Source: a virus. Taken from it: a stretch of DNA of 64,000 nucleotides. The stretch lies in IMG/VR virus record IMGVR_UViG_3300032236_001478, positions 17,624-81,623 of that record. The stretch is one strand, 5' to 3'. Both the position numbers and the translations under genes were made by a program. Positions 39,383 to 49,100 of this stretch are shown here, in pieces; the stretch's first letter is position 1; each line of letters begins with the position of its first letter. The notes below the pieces were generated by a model. The model did not search any database and was not told where the DNA came from. It worked only from the letters and a program-made list of their open reading frames with translations.

Positions 39383-39410
39383 GATAAATAAGGATAAAAT
39401 AGGATAAAAT
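39383..39410. repeat. Three phased GATAAA direct repeats (10-bp period), putative RHH operator
   Basis: GATAAA at 39383, 39393 and 39403 (AGGATAAAAT exact twice). The first copy is also the late motif TATTTATC on -. Confidence 0.65.
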
Positions 39411-39457
39411 ACTATCTAAATAGTGAAAATCTTGGAAATCTTTGTTGAAATCAAAGA

Positions 39458-39465
39458 TATTTATA
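39458..39465 (+). promoter_or_regulatory. Putative late promoter TATTTATA (sheath)
   Basis: Recurrent motif. Confidence 0.65.
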
Positions 39466-39498
39466 AGTTAAATAATAAATTTTTAATTAAATCAATCA

Positions 39499-42351
39499 AT
39501 GGCAAATTCAAACAAAGTCTTCGTTTCTCCTGGTGTTTATACCTCAGAAACAGATTTAACTTTCGTGGCACAGAGTGTAGGTGTTACAACATTAGGTTTA
39601 GTTGGTGAGACTTTACAAGGTCCAGCATTTGAACCTGTGTTAATATCTGATTTTACTACCTTCAAAACATACTTTGGTGGTACTTCACCAATTGTTGACA
39701 TAAACGGATACCCAAAATATGGTCTACCGTATGTCGCAAAAGCATATTTACAAGAATCTAACCAATTATTCGTAACTCGTATTTTGGGATTAACTGGCTA
39801 CATGGCAGGTGTAACTTATGGTATTACTGCTTTAGGTGGTATGACTGTTGATTTAACATCATATGGTACTACAACTGGAACAGCAAATCCACATACTCAT
39901 GCTGCAATGACTGGTGGTACTTTTTATCATGAATTAACTGGATATACATCTGTAAATGGTAATTCATTTGCAGCATATATTGAAGCTCATTATAGTGGTA
40001 TTACAAATGCAGACAATGGTAAATGGTTTACAATAGGTGCAATTCCTAGTGGACACACTCCAGGCGGTACTCAATTAGTTTCTCCATTAACTGGAAGATT
40101 AGTTGACAATACAACAAATGGTAAAGAGTGGTATAATATTTTAACAAATGGTGTTGATGAAGTTTACACATATGTGTTTGTTTATAATAGTGGTGACACA
40201 TCATTCCACGTAACAAAATACACATTTGATGCTATGGTAAATCAAGATTACGATGGTAAAGTGGTGTGTTTATTGAGATCAAGAGGTCAATATCATAGAG
40301 AAAACTTAGTTTATCAAGTTACAGGTAATGAGGCAGTTTCTATTACAACACCTAACAATATGACAATAAACCCAAAAGCAGAATTTACAATTTCTGTAAC
40401 TCCTGATACTGGCGGAACAAAAACATATACTATTTCTTTGGATAATACTGATACAAAATATGTAACTAAAGTATTAGGTGTAGATCCATTTGATAAAGAA
40501 ATGGGTGCATATCCATTATACACTTACGAGGCGTATCCAAATTTAATTTCCCAATTATATTCAAAAGGTTTAATTAGAGGTTTAAATACAAATATTGTTT
40601 CTCAAGATGAGGGAACTGATTTTGTTGGACAATATCAACATCCAGTATCTCCAATGGTAGTTTCTGAAGTAAGAGGTGGTGTAGTTACAGATTTATTTAG
40701 TTTCATTGCAGTTTCTGATGGTGATGCCGGTAACTATATCAACAAAATCAGTATTGAAAATATTAACTTAAACACAGGTGAATTTGATGTACTTATTCGT
40801 AGTTTTAATGATAGTGACGATAACGTAGTTGCTGTTGAAACATACAAAAGATGTACAATGGACCCAACTGCTCCTGGTTTCATCGGTAAAAAAATAGGTA
40901 CTGCAGATGGTTTATATACATTGAATAGCAAATATGTAATGTTAGTTTTAGCTGATAATTTTGCTACAGACGCAATTCCTGCAGGATTTAAAGGATGTTA
41001 TACTAAAGATAATATTGGTGGTCTTGTTTATAAAACTGAGTATCACCAATCTGGTGATGTGGTATCTTACTTATCTGATGGTACACCAGTTATCACAAAT
41101 GGTGATAAAGTTAAAAGAACAAGCTTAGGTTTAAGTTCATCATCTCAAAGTGGTGCAAGTTATGATAATGACATGTTCAAATACAAAGGTGCTTCTTCTT
41201 TAAGTGGTGTTACTACTTTCGGTTTCCACCTTTCATCTAATGCATCTGGAATTGTTGATAATTCTGACAACGTTTTATTCAAAACAACTCCTTATGATTT
41301 AGAAGGTCAATCTGGAACATACAATCCATTAACAGCAACAACATATTGTAAATTTACAATGCCTATGTTTGGTGGTTTTGACGGTTGGGATATCTACAGA
41401 CAAACAAGAACAAATACTGATCAATACATTTTTGGTAAACCTGATTATACATCTGGAAATACTTTAAATGGTGGTGTATTCAGTACTACAATTCCTAACT
41501 CTGATTACTATTCTTTTTTACAAGGTATTCAAACATTTGCAAACCCAGAAGCAGTTAATATCAACGTATTTGCAACTCCAGGTATCGATTGGTCAAACAA
41601 TTTATCTTTAGTTACACAAGCAATTGATATGATTGAAAACGATAGAGCAGATTCACTTTATATTATTGATTCACCTAATGATACTGATGTTAATTCAATC
41701 ACTTCTTCATTCTATGATCAAGGAATTGATAGTAACTATTCAGCAACATACTGGCCTTGGATACAAATTTTAGATGCGGATAACGCAACTCAATTGTTCA
41801 TACCTCCAACAGGTGAAGTAGTTAAGAATATAGCATTAACAGATAACGTAGCTTATCCTTGGTTCGCAGTAGCGGGATATACAAGAGGTTTAGTTAAATC
41901 TATTAAGGCAGCTAAAAAATTAACATTAGACGATAGAGATAATTTATATAAAAATAGAATTAACCCTATTGCTACTTTCTCTGATACCGGAACTATTATT
42001 TGGGGTAACAAAACTCTTCAAATTAGAGAATCTGCGTTGGATAGAATTAATGTTAGAAGATTGTTACTAAGAGCAAGAAAATTAATTTCTGCTGTTGCAG
42101 TTAGATTGTTATTTGAACAAAATGATGATACTGTAAGACAAGAATTCTTAAGATTAGTAAATCCAATCTTAGATGCTATTAAAAAAGAAAGAGGTTTAAC
42201 AGATTTCCGTGTAACGGTATCTAGTGATCCTTCGGATATAGATAATAATTTGATGGTTGGTAAAATATTCATAAAACCAACTAGATCATTAGAATATATA
42301 GATCTGAATTTCGTAATAACTCCAACTGGAGCTTCATTCGAAAACGTATAA
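39499..42351 (+). CDS. Contractile tail sheath protein (gp18-like)
   Basis: FVSPGVYTSETD, GETLQGPAFEP, YSATYWPW, PWFAVAGYTRG, RINPI, WGNKTL, DRINVRRLL, LFEQND, IKPTRSLEYI. Confidence 0.97.
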   Translation: MANSNKVFVSPGVYTSETDLTFVAQSVGVTTLGLVGETLQGPAFEPVLISDFTTFKTYFGGTSPIVDINGYPKYGLPYVAKAYLQESNQLFVTRILGLTGYMAGVTYGITALGGMTVDLTSYGTTTGTANPHTHAAMTGGTFYHELTGYTSVNGNSFAAYIEAHYSGITNADNGKWFTIGAIPSGHTPGGTQLVSPLTGRLVDNTTNGKEWYNILTNGVDEVYTYVFVYNSGDTSFHVTKYTFDAMVNQDYDGKVVCLLRSRGQYHRENLVYQVTGNEAVSITTPNNMTINPKAEFTISVTPDTGGTKTYTISLDNTDTKYVTKVLGVDPFDKEMGAYPLYTYEAYPNLISQLYSKGLIRGLNTNIVSQDEGTDFVGQYQHPVSPMVVSEVRGGVVTDLFSFIAVSDGDAGNYINKISIENINLNTGEFDVLIRSFNDSDDNVVAVETYKRCTMDPTAPGFIGKKIGTADGLYTLNSKYVMLVLADNFATDAIPAGFKGCYTKDNIGGLVYKTEYHQSGDVVSYLSDGTPVITNGDKVKRTSLGLSSSSQSGASYDNDMFKYKGASSLSGVTTFGFHLSSNASGIVDNSDNVLFKTTPYDLEGQSGTYNPLTATTYCKFTMPMFGGFDGWDIYRQTRTNTDQYIFGKPDYTSGNTLNGGVFSTTIPNSDYYSFLQGIQTFANPEAVNINVFATPGIDWSNNLSLVTQAIDMIENDRADSLYIIDSPNDTDVNSITSSFYDQGIDSNYSATYWPWIQILDADNATQLFIPPTGEVVKNIALTDNVAYPWFAVAGYTRGLVKSIKAAKKLTLDDRDNLYKNRINPIATFSDTGTIIWGNKTLQIRESALDRINVRRLLLRARKLISAVAVRLLFEQNDDTVRQEFLRLVNPILDAIKKERGLTDFRVTVSSDPSDIDNNLMVGKIFIKPTRSLEYIDLNFVITPTGASFENV

Positions 42352-42369
42352 AATATAATAAAAACAATT

Positions 42370-42401
42370 AAGTGGGGGATAGGCATAGTATCCCCCATTT
42401 T
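42370..42401. terminator. Intrinsic terminator after sheath (usable in both directions)
   Basis: TGGGGGATA-ggcatag-TATCCCCCA followed by TTTT; A-rich on the left side. Confidence 0.85.
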
Positions 42402-42510
42402 AATTTTGCTGAGGTAAGGATATCGTAATTCCAATAATTTTTTTAGTATTTTTTATGATTATTTTATAAGAATTATTGGTTAAGAATAGAAAATAGTTTG
42501 AGGATATGCA

Positions 42511-42542
42511 AAAAGCTACGATTTTTTTTTGACAAAGTCAAA
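42511..42542 (-). promoter_or_regulatory. Orphan host-type promoter with overlapping palindrome
   Basis: TTTG-N20-TAGCTTTT on -. TTTGAC-AAA-GTCAAA inverted repeat at 42528-42542. Confidence 0.45.
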
Positions 42543-42622
42543 TTTCAACCCCAAATTAAAATATTTTAAATAACGATATATTTATCTAAAAGCAAATAAA
42601 CTAAAAACTAATATAGAAAAAA

Positions 42623-43111
42623 ATGGCTGATTTATTAATGAAAATGCCGGTTCCATACGAACCAAAACGTAAAAATAGGTTTATCTTAAGATTTGATTCA
42701 TCTTTAGGTATAAATGAGTGGTATGTTCAATCAACTGCTCGTCCTAGTGCTAAAATTGGTGTTACTCCAATACCATTCTTAAACACATCAACTTACGTTG
42801 CTGGTAGATTTGAGTGGAACACTATTAAAGTTACATTTAGAGATCCAATCGGTCCTTCAGCTGCTCAAGCTTTAATGGAATGGTTCCGTTTACACGCTGA
42901 ATCAGTTACAGGTAGAATGGGATATGCAGCAGGTTACAAAAAAGACGTTGAATTAGACATGTTAGATCCAACAGGTGTTGTGGTTGAAAAATGGATATTA
43001 CAACAATGTTTCTTAGAAGATGTTAACTTTGGTGAATTATCATATGACCAGGATGGTTTAGCGACTGTAGATGCTACTTTGAGAATGGATAGATGTATTT
43101 TAGTATACTAA
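42623..43111 (+). CDS. Tail tube protein (gp19-like)
   Basis: EPKRKNRF, YVAGRFEWNTIKVTFRD, AAGYKKD..L.MLDPTG.VVEKW. Late motif TATTTATC at 42579-86. Confidence 0.93.
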   Translation: MADLLMKMPVPYEPKRKNRFILRFDSSLGINEWYVQSTARPSAKIGVTPIPFLNTSTYVAGRFEWNTIKVTFRDPIGPSAAQALMEWFRLHAESVTGRMGYAAGYKKDVELDMLDPTGVVVEKWILQQCFLEDVNFGELSYDQDGLATVDATLRMDRCILVY

Positions 43112-43133
43112 TACACTTAACATATTGATTTAC

Positions 43134-43185
43134 AATCCATTATAATTATTGTTCCATGTGGAACGTAGTTATAATGGATTTTTTT
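43134..43185 (+). terminator. Long hairpin terminator after tail tube
   Basis: AATCCATTATAATTA...TAGTTATAATGGATT arms followed by a T-run. Confidence 0.8.
43150..43165. promoter_or_regulatory. parS-like ParB-binding palindrome
   Basis: TGTTCCATGTGGAACG, 14/16 identical to the chromosomal parS TGTTCCACGTGGAACA. Confidence 0.65.
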
Positions 43186-43229
43186 ATTTAAAACTTTACT
43201 TTACAATAGTTATTGTTTAAACTAGATAC

Positions 43230-43982
43230 ATGGATAATAACTTAAAAATAGACCCTTCAATCGCCTATGATGTGGTACAGTTACCTTCAGGCGGAATACA
43301 TTACACAAATAATAGAAAATCATTAAGAGTAGCGTATTTAACTGCTTCTGATGAAAATATTCTTTCTTCACCCAACTTATTACAATCGGATAGTGTTGTT
43401 GATGAACTATTAAAAAGAAAAATTTTAGATAGAGATTTCGATATTAATGATCTTGTTAATGATGATAGACAAGCAATATTGATTTTTTTAAGAAATACTG
43501 CATTTGGTTCAGATTATAAAATTACTATGACTGATCCAAAAACGAAAGAACCATTTGAAGCAACAATTGATTTATCCGTTATGAAAACAAGGGATTTAAC
43601 ATTAATTCCAGATGCAAATGGTGAATATGAATTTTATATGGAAGTATCAAAAGTTCCTGTCACTTTTAAATTTTTAAATAATAAACAAGAACAAGAATTA
43701 GAAAAAATACGAGCTTCCGCAACAGGAAATACCGTTGCACCAACAAATACAAAAAGACTGGAAATGATGATTAAAAGCGTAAACGGCGAAAGATCATTAA
43801 TGCCAATTTATAATTTCATACAAAATATGCCAATTAAAGATTCGCAAGACTTTAAAAGATTTGCAACAAAAAATAAGCCAGGATTAGATTTATTATATGA
43901 AGTTATTACCCCATCAGGAGAAAAAGTCCCAGTTTTAGTGGACTTTGGGGTTGACTTTTTTCGTCCTTTCTACGGAATATAA
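43230..43982 (+). CDS. Tail/baseplate-hub assembly chaperone (gp26-like)
   Basis: VQLPSGG..Y, YLTASDENIL, DRQAILIFLRNTAFG..Y, FIQNMPIKDS, PGLDL, ends DFFRPF. Between tube and tape measure. Confidence 0.8.
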   Translation: MDNNLKIDPSIAYDVVQLPSGGIHYTNNRKSLRVAYLTASDENILSSPNLLQSDSVVDELLKRKILDRDFDINDLVNDDRQAILIFLRNTAFGSDYKITMTDPKTKEPFEATIDLSVMKTRDLTLIPDANGEYEFYMEVSKVPVTFKFLNNKQEQELEKIRASATGNTVAPTNTKRLEMMIKSVNGERSLMPIYNFIQNMPIKDSQDFKRFATKNKPGLDLLYEVITPSGEKVPVLVDFGVDFFRPFYGI

Positions 43983-44109
43983 GCAAAGTTTGATGAAAGA
44001 ACTTGTTTTTTTAATTAGACAAGGATTTAGTTATCAAGACTTCTTAATTATGCCAATACACGAAAGAAGATATCTTATTGACTACATATTAGAACTTGAA
44101 AAAAGCTAA
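43957..44109 (+). CDS. gp51-like chaperone extension (absent from ORF track); probably reached by frameshift, or from ATG 43993
   Basis: +1 frame reads FFVLSTEYKQSLMKELVFLIRQGFSYQDFLIMPIHERRYLIDYILELEKS*; the FSY.D...MP..ERR motif is typical of G-T/gp51 chaperones. Confidence 0.75.
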   Translation, partial: FFVLSTEYKQSLMKELVFLIRQGFSYQDFLIMPIHERRYLIDYILELEKS

Positions 44110-44137
44110 ATTTTTGTATTTATAATAAAATAGCTAA

Positions 44138-46072
44138 ATGCAATTAATAGATTTACTTACGGCGGATGGTAAAATAGCAACTTCAAGCGGAGCTTTTAAA
44201 AAACTAAAAGAAATTTTTAGCGACGCTGATAGAGTTAGAGATAAAATTAACGAAGGTCTTAAGGATGCCGCTACACAAATTAGTGGTGGAAACCAAAAAT
44301 CTACTGCATTTTCAGATTTTGCTCAAGGTTCTATGAAAGCTATTTTAAATAGTGCATATGATAGATTAGGTAATGAAGCATATAGAATGGGTAAAAACCA
44401 ACTTGGTTCTATATTTGAAGATATGGCAAAAGAAATTGCCAGCTTAAATTATGATGGTGTAATAAGTAAATTTATTGGTGGTATTTTAGGTAAATCAGCA
44501 AAAGCCGCAGAAGACATTGCTAAAATTAGTGATAAAGCTATTGAAATTGCTAAAGCTAAAGGTGGAATAGTTGGTGAATTAGGTAATTCAATGCAAGAGA
44601 CAATTTTGCAAGCGTTACCTAAAGCAACAGAAATGGGTGTTACCGTTAATGAATTAATGGAATCCACTCAAAAAATGCTTGTTAATTCAGGAAGAATTGT
44701 TACATATTCAAAAGAAACTTTAACAGACGCTTTAACATCAGGAAAAGCATTTACTGAATATTCAGGTCAAATTTTAGAAAACGGAGAAAATTTTAGAAAT
44801 GTTGGAATTGGTTTAGCCGGAGCAACTGAAAATATCAATAAAATTGGAGCAAAAAGTGTTGCAATAGGTCTTAATGCTAAAGAAGTTACTAAGACTGTAA
44901 TGGCAAATTTAGATAAATTAAATGAATACGGTTTTAAAAATGGTGTTGAAGGTTTATCTAGAATGGTACAAGAAGCACAGTCTTTAAACATGAAAATGGA
45001 CAGCGTTTTTAAAATTGCAGAAAAAGGGTTTAGTCCAGAAAGTGCTATTGAATTAAGTGCAAAATTATCGGTTATAGGTGGAGCTGTTGGTGCTTTTAAA
45101 GATGTACCAAGATTAATGTATGACACAACAAATGATGCTGAAGATTTACAAAAGTCATTGTTAGAAGCCGCTTCAAGTTTAGCTACATATAATACCGAAA
45201 CTAAACAATTTGAAGTGTCTGGGGCAAATATGAGAAGAGCGCATGAAATGGCTGCAGCTTTAGGTATGGATATGAAAGATTTGAATAGTTTAGCAAAAAA
45301 GGCGGCAGCAAAAATGGAAGCGATGGGGGAAATCGACATGATGGGCAATATGAGTGATGATCAAAAAGAATTTATTGCAAATATGGCTCAAGTAGGTAAG
45401 AACGGCGAAATGGTAATACATTTACCTAAAGATATTAAAGAAAAAATGGGCTTTAGTGATACTATTGTTAACTTAAAAGATTTAAGCGCAGATCAAGTAG
45501 ATAACATTAAAAAATTACAAGAAGAAATGGCTGAAAAAGCCGAAAGTCCAGAAGAGATAGCTAAAGATCAACTTAATGAAATGACAAGGTTATCAAATTT
45601 AACAAGCGCAATATATTATCAATTAGGTAATTTAATTCATCAAAGAGGAGCGGGCGCAAGAGAAAAAATAGGATTAACTGCTAAAGGTTTGTCTGGGTCA
45701 AGCGACCTTCTTATGAGTACAATTTTTAGTAAAATTGAAGCAGGGGAAAGAGCCAGATTAGCTTCACAATTTGGAACAGATATTATTAATTTAAAACCTA
45801 AAAACGAACCTAGTAAAGAACAATCTGATTTATTTGATAAAGTAAAAAATAACCTTAAAAAGGTTTTTGAAGATCAAAAAAAGAAAGAAGATAGAGAAGC
45901 TGGAAAAGATATCACAGGTAAATTGGACGTTAACTTAAAAATTACAAGCGATAATAATATGGACATTGCAGGTAGAATGGATAAAGACCCTAAGTTTAGA
46001 GCTGATTTTGTTGATAGTATTACAGAAAGTGCTAGATCTTATTTTTCAAAGGGTGAAGTAATAGAAGGATAA
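44138..46072 (+). CDS. Tape measure protein
   Basis: 644 aa, helical and Ala/Lys/Met rich, directly after the chaperone pair. Late motif at 44117-24. Confidence 0.75.
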   Translation: MQLIDLLTADGKIATSSGAFKKLKEIFSDADRVRDKINEGLKDAATQISGGNQKSTAFSDFAQGSMKAILNSAYDRLGNEAYRMGKNQLGSIFEDMAKEIASLNYDGVISKFIGGILGKSAKAAEDIAKISDKAIEIAKAKGGIVGELGNSMQETILQALPKATEMGVTVNELMESTQKMLVNSGRIVTYSKETLTDALTSGKAFTEYSGQILENGENFRNVGIGLAGATENINKIGAKSVAIGLNAKEVTKTVMANLDKLNEYGFKNGVEGLSRMVQEAQSLNMKMDSVFKIAEKGFSPESAIELSAKLSVIGGAVGAFKDVPRLMYDTTNDAEDLQKSLLEAASSLATYNTETKQFEVSGANMRRAHEMAAALGMDMKDLNSLAKKAAAKMEAMGEIDMMGNMSDDQKEFIANMAQVGKNGEMVIHLPKDIKEKMGFSDTIVNLKDLSADQVDNIKKLQEEMAEKAESPEEIAKDQLNEMTRLSNLTSAIYYQLGNLIHQRGAGAREKIGLTAKGLSGSSDLLMSTIFSKIEAGERARLASQFGTDIINLKPKNEPSKEQSDLFDKVKNNLKKVFEDQKKKEDREAGKDITGKLDVNLKITSDNNMDIAGRMDKDPKFRADFVDSITESARSYFSKGEVIEG

Positions 46073-46109
46073 TTTTATAAAAATATCTATTTATAGTATA
46101 AACAATTAG

Positions 46110-49100
46110 ATGCCAACTCATTTAGATTTTGATGGAACAAACAGCTTTAGGAGCAAGTTAATTGCTAGGACATTACCTTCACCTAATGGCCCTCAAACAT
46201 ACACGTCCACAAATTATAACTTTGGCACACTTTCAGATTATTCAGATATTAAACAAGGACCTATTGATGCATTAGAACCATCTAAAGTAAAACAATATGG
46301 TACTTTAAACACATATAAGCCGGATCAATATTTTATTAAGGATAGATTAGAAGAATTACCTAGAAGAGCTAACTTAAATTTATATCCTTATTTCGTAGCG
46401 AACAATGATAACACATTAATAGGTGTTTTAAATTCTAAATCCTATGATAATGAATCTGAATTATTTAAATTCGCTGCGAAATATATAACAACAGATAGTA
46501 ATGGTCCAATTGCAGCGAGAGTTCAACAAAATACAATTTCTAACAATATTAATGGTGCTAGTTCATTAGAAACATTTACTAATAACTCATCATCAGTGAC
46601 TGGTGCTTTAACAGGTAAACAACCTTTAGTTCCACAGAACTATGGTATTACTGTTGATAACAGTGCTAATTCAAATGGCAACAATCAAGACTTTATGGAA
46701 GTATTGTCTGGTAAAAAATCACCATTTGCTGAAATACCTGGACAATATTTAGATATTCCTAATAATCCAGTTAGATATACAACACCACAAGCAATTCCAT
46801 TAAGAGTAACAGATTCTAAAGATCCATCACAACCTGCATCATTTAGTCCTACACCAACAGTAGGTACCGCAGCGGCTGGATTAGCTAGTTCATTATTACA
46901 AGATATTACTAGTGTTGTATCATCATTAGTTGGTATACCACCACAATTAACAAGCCCATTCCCTTCTGATTTATTAATTCAGTATATGGGTAGTGGACAA
47001 CAACAAGTTTTATTTAATAATTTATCATATTCATATTATAGACCGGATTATACTGTTGTAGGTACATCTAAAAATGGTATTTTACCACCAGTAGGTTATG
47101 CATATGTTGGTGACGACACATATGAAGATGTTAGATATGCAATGTCTGATTTTAATGGTACACAAATAAGAAGCTCATATTATTTGAGTTTAATGTTTGA
47201 TCCATTACAAGCTGAATTATTTCAAACTGAAAAGAATATTACCCAAGGTGGTAAAGTTAGTGGTAATCTTACTTGGATTAGTAACAATTCAGATTTTAGT
47301 TTACTTGGTAAAAATAACGCAGAATGGAATGCACAATCATCTCAATATATTGAAAGTCTTTCTGGTACCTATTCATTTAGAGGTGAATCAATTTTAAATA
47401 AGACACAACAAATATTAAATGCTAAACCAAAAGGCACTGAAGGTAAAACACATGTAGGTAATGTTATTGATCAAACAAGTAGAGTGTTTAGAGAAGGTGA
47501 TAGATATATGTCAAGAGGTTCTGCTGTTCAATATGTTAGTAGTTATACAAAACAACCAAGTGGTGTAGAATATGGTAGAGTATGGACAAAAGATAGACCA
47601 TATATGCACAACTCAGATACTATGAAAAACTCTTCTTTACTTAGAAAGTTTAATGATAGTATTTTAGATAGTCCATATAATCTAAACATTGGACCAATGT
47701 CAAATGGTAATAAAAGTTTTGAAAATTCATCAAATATTAAAAATGGTGTTGCAACAAAATATATGTTATCAATAGAAAATTTGGCATGGAAAACATCAAA
47801 TAGAAAAGGATTTACATATAGTGATTTACCATTTTCAGAAAGAGGACCTAATGGTGGTAGAGTTATGTGGTTTCCACCATATGATATCAAATTTAATGAA
47901 AGTTTAAGTGCAAAGTGGGAGCCAAATGTATTTTTAGGACGTACAGAACCTGTTTATACGTATCAAAATGCTGAAAGAGATGGAACACTTTCTTTCAAAA
48001 TTGTAGTTGACCATCCAAGTATATTGAATGTTATGAGAGATAAATTTTTCTCAGACAAAGGTATCTTTACACAAGAAGAAATTGAAAACTATTTTGTTTC
48101 ATTTTTTGCCGGTTGTGAAAAACTTGATTTTTATTCTATAATTAGAAAATATACATCATTAGATCAAAGTGATGCTGAAGCAATACAACAATATTTACAA
48201 TATTTTAAAGATAATAAAAAATCTGACACATATTATAAAACTAAGTTTACTCAAACTGCAGGTCAAATTGTAAGTAAAGCGCCAACATCAATGGTAAGTG
48301 CTGAAGTTTTAACTACAGCATCAACTGGGTTAAATGTTGTTAATACAGCAATACAAGGAGCTTCTGTTAATGCAAATACTGGTTTTGCTTCGTATGCAAG
48401 CGTTGCCGCTAATTCTACAAATGTTTCATTAGATATTGAAAAAGAAACAGTAACAAAAGCACCACCAACCGATCAGTTAAAAAAATTGATAATGAAAACT
48501 TTATCAGAAGATTTCTATTTTAAACAATTAGAATCTACTGACCCAATAGTTTTTAGTTCATTAAAAGAAAAGTTAAAATATTTTCATCCAGGTTTTCACT
48601 CAACAACACCAGAAGGTTTAAATTCTAGATTAACATTTTTACATCAGTGTACAAGACCAGGTGATACTATTCCTGTTAAGTCTAATAATGTAGATAATAG
48701 TAATTTAGATGCTAGAAATACTACTTTTGGTCCACCTCCAATTTGTGTTTTAAGAGTTGGTGATTTTTTTAATTCTAAAGTTATTATCAAGAGTATTCAA
48801 TTACAATATGAAAATTCATTATTTGATTTAAACCCAGAAGGTATAGGTGTACAACCTATGATTGCTGATGTTACTATGAATATTTCATTTATTGGTGGTC
48901 AAGGTTTAAAAGAACCAGTTGCACAATTACAAAATGCATTAAGTTTTAATTTTTACGGAAATACTGAAGTTTACGATTATAGATCAACAGCAACAGAAGA
49001 TAGAAGTAAATTCAATATAAGTGAATTAGAAAAATTCGTAATGAATACTCCTAAAACACCAAAAATAGCATCTGTACCACAATCGCCTGATAGTCCAATT

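Noticed and set aside
39423-39608. 61-aa + ORF overlapping the sheath start
   Set aside because: Spans the late promoter and is out of frame with the sheath; no coding features.
42018-42434. 138-aa minus-strand ORF downstream of the orphan promoter
   Set aside because: TTG start, runs through the terminator hairpin and is mostly antisense to the conserved sheath C-terminus. A short peptide cannot be fully excluded.
43118-43130. IHF consensus as an independent feature
   Set aside because: About ten chance matches are expected in 64 kb of AT-rich DNA. Mentioned only because it abuts the parS-like site.
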